Below, piece by piece: positions 40,340 through 47,913 of a stretch of 60,614 bases of DNA. Under the pieces are notes generated by a model. It was not told the origin of the DNA. It worked only from the letters and a program-made list of their open reading frames with translations, and did not search any database. Within the stretch, counting starts at the first letter, position 1. Every line of letters begins with the position of its first letter. Made by a program: the position numbers and the translations under genes. The DNA is taken from NCBI GenBank assembly GCA_041691135.1, contig JBEPVF010000009.1, positions 1 through 60,614 on the forward strand. Direction: 5' to 3'. This stretch comes from Candidatus Peribacteria bacterium (GTDB lineage: Bacteria > Patescibacteriota > Gracilibacteria > Peribacterales > Peribacteraceae).

Positions 40340-40406
40340 AAATTCGAAATCCGAAGCACGAAATTCGAAAATACACCCTGTTTTTCGAATTTCGAATTTT
40401 GTGCTT
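40340..40406. repeat. Heptamer tandem repeats in inverted arrangement
   Basis: AAATTCG AAATCCG AAGCACG AAATTCG ... CGAATTT CGAATTT TGTGCTT. Confidence 0.7.
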
Positions 40407-40452
40407 ATCCGAGTGATTGGGATTTGGTTTTCCTTCCGCTAGTATGATTCCC

Positions 40453-41427
40453 ATGAAGGCAGTGATTCGTGCCCTGTGGCTTGTGAGTGTTCTTGCCGGA
40501 GCAATGCCGTTCGCCGCGGTTGCTGCAACGAAAGCGAATGCCATGCCGCCGATTGTGAAGACGATGGAAGAGGGGGTTGTGCCGGTGTCGAGCGATTTCG
40601 TGGTGGGGCCTACATCGTTTGACCTGGAAGTGGCGCCAGGCCAGGACGATGACGTGACGCTGCTGGTTATCAATCGTCAGGGAAAGACAGTAAATTTCCG
40701 CGTCACAGCCGAAGACTTTTCGGCTGATCCGCGCAACGATGGAACGGTACAATTATTCGGCGACACGGCCGGACCGTTTCCGGCGCGCAACTGGCTGCAG
40801 CCGGCGGCGACCGAATTCTCGTTACGCCATGGCGAGCGCGCGACGATCCCGGTCAAAATAGCGGTGCCTGCCGATGCGGATGTAGGCGATCATTACGCCG
40901 CGCTGATCATCGAACGCGTAAACGAAAATGTAACGAAGGATACGACTCACGTGGAAGTGATTTCGCGCATCGGTTCACTTTTTCTGGTGCGCGTACCGGG
41001 CACTGTTGACGAAGAAGGATCATTCCTGAGTTTGCATCCGCTGCAGAACGTCTTTTTCTCGTACCCGGCTTCCATTGCCTTGAAGGCGCAAAACACCGGG
41101 ACGGTACGACTGAAGCCGATAGGCACGCTCACGATCCGGAACATCTTCGGTTCGGTCGTAGACAGCATCGTTCTCCATAATTGGACACTGCTCCGGGCAT
41201 CGGAGGGGCAGCACGTGGTCGAATGGCATCCGCCATTTGCGCTGGGTCCCTACAGCGTCGAAGCGTCCATGACGCTTATCAATGGCCAGGAACCGTCGGT
41301 ACTCCGCAGTTCATTCTGGATTCTTCCCGTCGTTCCGTTGCTGCTATTTCTGGTTTTGCTGGTGTTTCTTGCAGCTGTATTGCGTTTCTTACGCTCCAGA
41401 TTCCGGGTGGTTATTCAGCGTACCTAG
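40453..41427 (+). CDS. DUF916/WxLIP-like two-Ig-domain protein with C-terminal TM anchor
   Basis: GPTSFDLEVAPG, VPADA.VGDHYAAL, NTGTV...P.G, GPY, TM plus basic tail. Confidence 0.7.
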   Translation: MKAVIRALWLVSVLAGAMPFAAVAATKANAMPPIVKTMEEGVVPVSSDFVVGPTSFDLEVAPGQDDDVTLLVINRQGKTVNFRVTAEDFSADPRNDGTVQLFGDTAGPFPARNWLQPAATEFSLRHGERATIPVKIAVPADADVGDHYAALIIERVNENVTKDTTHVEVISRIGSLFLVRVPGTVDEEGSFLSLHPLQNVFFSYPASIALKAQNTGTVRLKPIGTLTIRNIFGSVVDSIVLHNWTLLRASEGQHVVEWHPPFALGPYSVEASMTLINGQEPSVLRSSFWILPVVPLLLFLVLLVFLAAVLRFLRSRFRVVIQRT

Positions 41428-41514
41428 GCCCCGGACGCTCTTAATTTGTCTTTTTCCGACTTTTTTGCTATACTGAGACGAAAACATCTTCAAAAACACC
41501 CACATACTCATTCT

Positions 41515-42255
41515 ATGAACCACTTACTCACCCCGGGGCGCTTCATTCGTATATGGACGGTCGGCATTGCCGCAACTGTGTCTCTCTATATATTGGTTGT
41601 ATTTTTGGCTGAGCCGCTCCATGGATTGGCCAGTACGTCTTCCAGTTCCACGACGGTGGTGAGCGTGACGGTGGCAGCCGCAATCAGTAATTCCTGCACG
41701 GCATCGGTCTCACTCGGTACTATCACGCGCACGGGCGACACGAGCTTCAATACTTGTGCGGGCTACGGCTACTGCGCTACGAACGCATCAACCTGCACAA
41801 TTACCACCAACAACACTCTCGGTTACACATTGTCGTGGCTGGTGGCGACTGGAACAGGAGCGGCGGGTGCTCGTACCGGTACAGGACATCTGAATGGATA
41901 CGTGCCAGGCAATCGCATTAAAGCACTTAAGCCGGCTGTGTCCGGTACGCCGGAAGACTTCACCAACGAAACACCGACTGCCAACGTTACCGACGATGCG
42001 CGCTGGGCTGCACGTCTGTCTTCGACGAGCACGACGACCGGCGGAGCCGGCATTACATGGGGAGCTGACGGTACGCACGATACGTGGTTGAATGTCGGTA
42101 CGGGTTCGGCAGTCAATATTTCGAACCGTTCGAACTACACATCGTCCGGCGGCGATCTGCAGAAGATCGGTTTCCGTGCGATTATCAACGGAACATCCAT
42201 TGTTCCTACAGATACGTACAAGGCAACGGTGACGTTTACGGCGACGACCAACTAA
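41515..42255 (+). CDS. Secreted beta-rich surface subunit (WxL/pilin-like), second paralogue
   Basis: GYTLSW, ARWAARLS.TST, WLNV, FRA, C-terminal DTYKATVTFTA shared with 39601-40335. Confidence 0.72.
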   Translation: MNHLLTPGRFIRIWTVGIAATVSLYILVVFLAEPLHGLASTSSSSTTVVSVTVAAAISNSCTASVSLGTITRTGDTSFNTCAGYGYCATNASTCTITTNNTLGYTLSWLVATGTGAAGARTGTGHLNGYVPGNRIKALKPAVSGTPEDFTNETPTANVTDDARWAARLSSTSTTTGGAGITWGADGTHDTWLNVGTGSAVNISNRSNYTSSGGDLQKIGFRAIINGTSIVPTDTYKATVTFTATTN

Positions 42256-42398
42256 AACCAAAGACCAGCTAGCGAATCCCAAGTGGAGCGTAGTCGGTAA
42301 AATTTGAATTTTGCGTTTCGTATTTGTTTGGTTCTTGGCTCTTCGCGTCTACTTTTCTTGAGTTGGTTTTCTTCTAGCCTTCTTATAGGATAGCAACC

Positions 42399-43376
42399 AT
42401 GTCCCGTCTCTTGTCTTCTGCATGCGCGGTTGCGTTTGCTGCGAACGTGTTTGCACTTTCCTCTCCTTTTGCCTTGGCGGCATCAGGAGATGCCGTTGTG
42501 CCTGACATAGGAAGTGTACGGTACACACAGCAGCAGAATGCGCCCCAAACGCATGATTTCAGCATCGGACCAACGCGCTTTGAGCTTACGGTGGCGCCGG
42601 GGCATTCGCGTACGATTGAGATCGAATTGATGAGTCAGGAAGGCGAAGATGCAAACTTTCGCTTATACACCGAGGACTTTTCGGGCGGCGAGACGGCAGG
42701 ACAAACGACCAAGCTCTACGGAGCACTCGACGGCCCTTTCCCCGCTAAAACGTGGGTGAAGTCGCTCATCGGGACGTTGGCCCTCAAACACGGACAGCGG
42801 GCGTTCATTCCGGTCACCATCACCGTGCCGCCGGATGCAGAACCAGGCGATCACTACGCCGCGCTCGTCGCGCAACGCGATCCATCCGATGCGCAGAAGA
42901 ATGCACCGGGATTTCAGGTGATCGCGCGCGTCGCGAGCTTGTTCCTGATCAGCGTGCCGGGCGAGGTGGTCGAGAAGGGGCAGGTCACCAATATCAAGCC
43001 GACGGCACCCGTGTATTTCTCCTATCCGGTCCAAGTCACCGTGACCGGTCAGAATGACGGCACAGTTCACATTTCACCCACCGGTACGATCGTTATCCGG
43101 AACATTCTCGGTCTGGTCGTCGATGAACTGCCGTTGCGCGGATGGATCATTCTGCGACATGCGGTAAACACGGTGACGCTTGACTGGCAGCCGCGTTTCG
43201 CGCTCGGTCGCTACACGGCTACCACGAATCTGACCGTACTTGGTCAGACGCAGACGCTCTCGACGAGCTTCTGGGTGATTCCCGCGTTGCCGGTACTCAT
43301 CGCTTTGTTCCTCATCTTCTTTGTGTCATTCGTGGTGCAGTACTTCTTCTCGAAATTTGAAATCAGGAAGAAGTAA
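42399..43376 (+). CDS. DUF916/WxLIP-like protein, second paralogue
   Basis: GPTRFELTVAPG, GPFPAK.W, VPPDAEPGDHYAAL, NDGTVH..P.G, TM plus basic tail. Confidence 0.72.
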   Translation: MSRLLSSACAVAFAANVFALSSPFALAASGDAVVPDIGSVRYTQQQNAPQTHDFSIGPTRFELTVAPGHSRTIEIELMSQEGEDANFRLYTEDFSGGETAGQTTKLYGALDGPFPAKTWVKSLIGTLALKHGQRAFIPVTITVPPDAEPGDHYAALVAQRDPSDAQKNAPGFQVIARVASLFLISVPGEVVEKGQVTNIKPTAPVYFSYPVQVTVTGQNDGTVHISPTGTIVIRNILGLVVDELPLRGWIILRHAVNTVTLDWQPRFALGRYTATTNLTVLGQTQTLSTSFWVIPALPVLIALFLIFFVSFVVQYFFSKFEIRKK

Positions 43377-43559
43377 GAGATGTGGTGACAGGGATGGAGA
43401 CGAAAGAGCTTTTGTTGGATTCAAAAGATTCAGGTGATGGGGGATGAAAGGGATTTTTTCCTGTTAAATGAGCTAAATTCCTCAATTCTCTTGAGTATTT
43501 CAAGAGATACAGTTAATTCACACATAAGCAAATTTATGGTATAATAACCTGTTAAAGGC

Positions 43560-44732
43560 ATGTCTCCACATACACATCCTCTACGGCATTCGCATGTGCA
43601 GCTGACATTGTTGCTGACTGTACTTCTGTGTGTGTTTTGGTTTGTCGACTCCCGGGCATCCGACGGCGCATCGACATCGTCGTCGACGTGTGTGGGCGTC
43701 CATGTGATCAGCGACGACGGGGTGGCCCTGTCGAATAATGATGACTGCGTCGGAGCAATATCGGCTTCTCCTATCGAACCTCCTCCTACGGTAGTGGTGA
43801 CGCCGACGACCAGTGAGGAGAAAGTGCCGTTCGGTTTGTACCGCATCTCACGCGAATATATGCGCGATAAACTCAATGCGCTGTACGCAAAGCGTTTCAA
43901 ACACGGAGCATCGCCCTCGTCTATTTCGTTGCCCGATCTTCCCCCGAATGTGCAGGTCGATGTCATCCTGCCACCGGAGCAAGTGCCCTCCGGTTCTGTT
44001 TCGTCGGCCCAAGTTCCTGTTCCAGGTCCACCATCACCGCCGGTTATGACGTTCACGACCGTCTTGTCACCGGAGGCATTGACCGGCCTATCGTTCGGCC
44101 CGGCATTGCGGGGCCTGTACGGAGCGGCTCCTTTCGTCAATCCGCAGGTGCCGATTCTTGTGATCACCCGACTGTCGGCGCACTATGATCCGTGCGATGA
44201 ACGCATGTGCACGCAGGCAGGCTGTCAGCAGCGTGGAATCATCTGTCGCACCGCACGCATGCTCCAGACGATGCCGACAAACGATGCATTCCAGCGTGCA
44301 CCGGGATCAGAACTAATTCTGTGGGGATTGTTCCTGATCTGGCTGGGTGTGCTGATGGATATCGGTTTCTTTTGGACCGAACGACATCTGCTCTTCCGTC
44401 ATGTAGTGCTGATCAAAAGGTCGCTTGTGTCTCGAACTCTACTTTCCCATCCGGCCGCAGCAGCTGGATATGCTGCAGGTGCAACATCCGCGCAAACAAC
44501 GATCCGATTGAACCATCCAGGCGGTTATTCCAATCCTGCACCTTCACGTTATAAGGCAAAAGCAGTAGGTTCATCTGCTCGTTCCCGGCGTCCTTCTGGA
44601 GCGTCGCGTAGGCGGCGGACAGTCGCATGGGATCGGTGGCTGTCAGCGCGCGATCAAGCTGTGTCAGACCGGTCTGTACGTGGACAATTGCATCGAGGAC
44701 TTGGGATAGCGATTTCCCGTCTGTGGAAATAG
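43560..44732 (+). CDS. Hypothetical membrane-anchored protein with a 4-Cys motif
   Basis: Signal/TM, Pro/Ser-rich linker, C-x4-C-x4-C-x6-C, TM; 3' end overlaps the lemA-like gene. Confidence 0.6.
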   Translation: MSPHTHPLRHSHVQLTLLLTVLLCVFWFVDSRASDGASTSSSTCVGVHVISDDGVALSNNDDCVGAISASPIEPPPTVVVTPTTSEEKVPFGLYRISREYMRDKLNALYAKRFKHGASPSSISLPDLPPNVQVDVILPPEQVPSGSVSSAQVPVPGPPSPPVMTFTTVLSPEALTGLSFGPALRGLYGAAPFVNPQVPILVITRLSAHYDPCDERMCTQAGCQQRGIICRTARMLQTMPTNDAFQRAPGSELILWGLFLIWLGVLMDIGFFWTERHLLFRHVVLIKRSLVSRTLLSHPAAAAGYAAGATSAQTTIRLNHPGGYSNPAPSRYKAKAVGSSARSRRPSGASRRRRTVAWDRWLSARDQAVSDRSVRGQLHRGLGIAISRLWK

Positions 44733-44982
44733 AGGTACCGCCGATCGTCGCGAGCGCCGTTTGCACGGCCGGTGTTGGAGCGGTTGATGAACTGGCCAAT
44801 GCGGGGGCCAGATCTTTTTGCAGAATCGTGTTGTACTCGCCGGCCACCGTTCGTGCTTGCATATCGATGGCACTCTGAAGTCGCATCAGCGACCACCACT
44901 GCCATCCTACAAACAGGACGGGAAGCAGAATAATAATCAAGACGATGAGTGGTCCGTGTGAACGTTTTGGCGTGTCTGTCAT
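44413..44982 (-). CDS. LemA-like protein
   Basis: N-terminal TM, helical body, YNVKVQDWNNRL..SIGSLFA; ATG 7 nt after TATAGT. Confidence 0.7.
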   Translation of the reverse strand: MTDTPKRSHGPLIVLIIILLPVLFVGWQWWSLMRLQSAIDMQARTVAGEYNTILQKDLAPALASSSTAPTPAVQTALATIGGTSISTDGKSLSQVLDAIVHVQTGLTQLDRALTATDPMRLSAAYATLQKDAGNEQMNLLLLPYNVKVQDWNNRLDGSIGSLFARMLHLQHIQLLRPDGKVEFETQATF

Positions 44983-45182
44983 GGTGGGCACTATAGAAAC
45001 AATCGGCGGTTTCATCAAACCCAGATTGAAGTGACCGATGTGACCGGGCAGCAGTGGAGTAAAAGTATGACGAATGATCCTCATTTTTCTCTGCGATCAC
45101 CTCTGTTTTCCGTTTATAGGAGTTGTAGCCGCAGGTAGGCAAATACGGCGTTTTCTGCTATACTGTCTAGATTTCCCTCACT

Positions 45183-46223
45183 ATGCCTTCACAGTACGGA
45201 CGACCCCTCGGCGCGCTCCTCACCTGCCTGTGCACTGTGCTGTTACTGGTATTAATGGGTTCACATTCGGTATGGGTCACCGCTTCGGATGATGGGTCCG
45301 CGAAAGTAGCGGTCATTCCGAGTCAGAACAGCGAACCGGGCAAGACAGTCATCAGTCCTCTGACGCCGTCCATTGTCGATGAACATGCTCCGACCGGTGG
45401 CACCAGAGTAAGAGACAATACTTCTGACGTCGCAAGTGATGCTGTGTCGTACGCGACGATGACAGAAGGGGATCTTACCGCCTCGTTGGCGAACGATTCG
45501 GCAGCGTCGGATGGGACAGTAAAAGTGGAAGATACATCGTCGCGCGTCATCCGTTTGTTCCGGCGCCGCTGGGGACATGATCCAGCAGCAGAATCGCCGA
45601 AGCCTAGTTTTCCGCAAGACATAGCCCAAATAACGGCTGACGATCTTTCGGATACGCAGACCGTTTTCTCGCTCGACAGTCAGGAACACATCTCCTCTTC
45701 GTCGCTGCCCGAGTCGCAGGCCAAACAAGTACGCGTTCCGCTCGTGTACCAATTGCTTGCCGCTCCGGCCGCCGCACCGCTATGTCAGATTGATCAATGC
45801 AACGGCTGGTTCGTCTCCTGTCTGGTTGCCGCCAGTGTGTGTGATACGTTCATCGGTGTGCACAGCGCTGTCGTGTCGGCATCGCTGCCGAATTTTGCGT
45901 ACATCGAACAGATGCCAAAAACAGAGGTTCTGGTGTGGCTCATCATGCTGACGGTCTTCGCATTCGCAAGTCACATGGTTCTTCTGTTTTGGAATCGACT
46001 GCGGCACGGTCCACTGCTGCCCCTTCCGGCACCCTTCATCACAGTGACGCGTGGCGGCCCGATTGTCATGACATCAGAAATGCCTGGCATGCCCGTGCCT
46101 CCGCGTCGCCGTCGCCTGCCCCTCTTCCGCCGAAAGCGACCAGTATCCTCGACTGATCCGTTTGATCACGAAGTTAGAAAGGCGACCTCTGTGGTCTTTC
46201 GTGAAGAATTACCGTGGGATTAG
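45183..46223 (+). CDS. Hypothetical membrane-anchored protein with a 4-Cys motif (paralogue of 43560)
   Basis: Signal/TM, low-complexity linker, C-x4-C-x6-C-x6-C, P..E.L.W TM ending FW. Confidence 0.65.
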   Translation: MPSQYGRPLGALLTCLCTVLLLVLMGSHSVWVTASDDGSAKVAVIPSQNSEPGKTVISPLTPSIVDEHAPTGGTRVRDNTSDVASDAVSYATMTEGDLTASLANDSAASDGTVKVEDTSSRVIRLFRRRWGHDPAAESPKPSFPQDIAQITADDLSDTQTVFSLDSQEHISSSSLPESQAKQVRVPLVYQLLAAPAAAPLCQIDQCNGWFVSCLVAASVCDTFIGVHSAVVSASLPNFAYIEQMPKTEVLVWLIMLTVFAFASHMVLLFWNRLRHGPLLPLPAPFITVTRGGPIVMTSEMPGMPVPPRRRRLPLFRRKRPVSSTDPFDHEVRKATSVVFREELPWD

Positions 46224-46310
46224 GGAGAAGAGAGGGGATATCGCAGAGTAACAATAGTGTGCTTTAAACATAGCTTAATAGACATTTTGTCATTTCTATA
46301 TAATTACCAT

Positions 46311-46651
46311 TAGAGCGCCATGCTTTGGCGCGGCTGTATTCAATACCCTCATTGTTTCCTCTCTTCACTCCCACCTTTGGAGCGGGTTTGCTACCCGCGG
46401 ATGTTCATGATTCCCCAGCACCAACCTCTCCAATCACCACTGGTGTCCTTTCTTTGTCTCCCCGACAAAGAAAGGACCAAAGAAAGCGCACCGCCTATGA
46501 CCCACCTCGCCCTGCTGTCGCGCCTGTGGGCATGCGACAGCAGGGCTCGTAACCACTCATCCCCACCACATAGTCGGAGGGGTGTTTGCTTGGAATCGCG
46601 AACGTGCGAAGAGGTTGGGCGGCGTAGGGCCGCCTGGGAGTAGTGAAGGGG
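46311..46651 (+). ncRNA. Candidate structured RNA / dispersed repeat, copy B (~340 nt)
   Basis: Collinear with 13161-13503; TATAAT 6 nt upstream. Confidence 0.65.
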
Positions 46652-47067
46652 CTTCGCGTAAACAAAACATAGACATCTCCCTCTCCCGGCAGGTCTTTGA
46701 TGTTCAATCACGAACGAATGACCAAATCTTCCTTAGCGACAGGGGGCGGAGGGAGGGCCGGGGTGAGGGGGCTATCCAGAAGTTCACAACCCGCCTATCT
46801 ATGGAAAAAAGTTCACTTAGATGCGGACACTTGTCCACGAGAGGGGACAGATGTTCGGTCTATTGGCGTTTCTTTGGCAAATGCTTTAGTTGGGAATTCA
46901 AAAGTGATTTTATAAAATATTACGAAAAATTGTGAATGTTATGATTACTATACTTTCACTCAGTAGTGTTTCTGGTTAAGAATTCAATTATTGACGAAAA
47001 TTAAATTCGATGTTGAAGAGTAAGGACTTTCGTCCTCCGGCTGTGAGGCCAAGTGCACACTGATCCG

Positions 47068-47096
47068 TTGATCTTCTGTGCCAATTCTGCTACAAT
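47068..47096 (+). promoter_or_regulatory. Promoter of the HTH-fibre operon
   Basis: TTGATC-N17-TACAAT with extended TG. Confidence 0.55.
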
Positions 47097-47124
47097 AATA
47101 AGATTTTTCGCGCGTACATAAAGA

Positions 47125-47913
47125 ATGCACGCGAAGAAAAAAACACACATGAACCAACACACAATCACCATCGAACAGTTGCACTCGCTTGTGGCGAAGG
47201 GCGCTTCGGCGTCGCTGAGTGCGCGTGCGCGCGAGCGACTGGGTTGGATCATGTTCTATGCCGAGCACGGACACTCGGTGAGTGCGACGTGCACGCACTT
47301 CGATATTTCGCGTGGCACGTTCCACCGATGGCTCGAGCGTTTTGATGCCGAGAATTTATACAGTCTGGAAGAACAATCGCATGCGCCGCATACGGTGCGA
47401 CAGTCGAACGTCTCGCGAGACATTGTGACACTCATCCGCGGCTACCGCGAGCAGTCGCCGCATTTGGGCAAAGAACGCATCACTGAATTGCTGAATACCG
47501 AGCATCAGATTGTTCTGTCATCGTCGACTGTCGGTCGTATCATCGATCGCGAGTGCTTGTACTTCGATGGGACACCGCATCACTGGAAAAAAAGATTACA
47601 ACGTGAAGGCCGGGTAAACAGAAAAAATAATGCGGAGGAAATTCCAGAAATCAGAAATCAAAAAATAGAAACCAATTCCCCGTCCCCAGTTCCTCACGCT
47701 TCATGTGCGGGTTGTCTGTTCTGCCGCCTGCGTAGCTGGAATTGGCGGCCTCTGCTGGTCGTGAGCGTGTTCGTGAATATCGCTGTCCTCGCTCTGTTCG
47801 CCTTCGGCCTGATCGGTACGTGGCGTTCGGAGAAAGCCGAAGCGTCGAAGCCGGCTGTCTCCGAACTCCATTCCCCTCTCGCTACTCCTGCTTCTCCACA
47901 CGATGGACGATAA
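47125..47913 (+). CDS. IS481-like helix-turn-helix protein fused to CxxCxxC and a C-terminal TM (no DDE domain)
   Basis: VSATC.HFDISRGTFHRWL.RF...L.E.S.APH, LGKERI..LL, SSSTVGRII; then CAGCLFC and a hydrophobic helix; start 47125 or 47149. Confidence 0.8.
   Translation: MHAKKKTHMNQHTITIEQLHSLVAKGASASLSARARERLGWIMFYAEHGHSVSATCTHFDISRGTFHRWLERFDAENLYSLEEQSHAPHTVRQSNVSRDIVTLIRGYREQSPHLGKERITELLNTEHQIVLSSSTVGRIIDRECLYFDGTPHHWKKRLQREGRVNRKNNAEEIPEIRNQKIETNSPSPVPHASCAGCLFCRLRSWNWRPLLVVSVFVNIAVLALFAFGLIGTWRSEKAEASKPAVSELHSPLATPASPHDGR

Noticed and set aside
46740-46772. G-rich GGAGGGCCGGGGTGAGGGG tract (BoxC/REP-like or G-quadruplex)
   Set aside because: Single degenerate copy in this window; not enough to support a feature.
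47125-47913. Active IS481-family insertion sequence
   Set aside because: No DDE/rve catalytic domain or terminal inverted repeats; ends in a TM helix.
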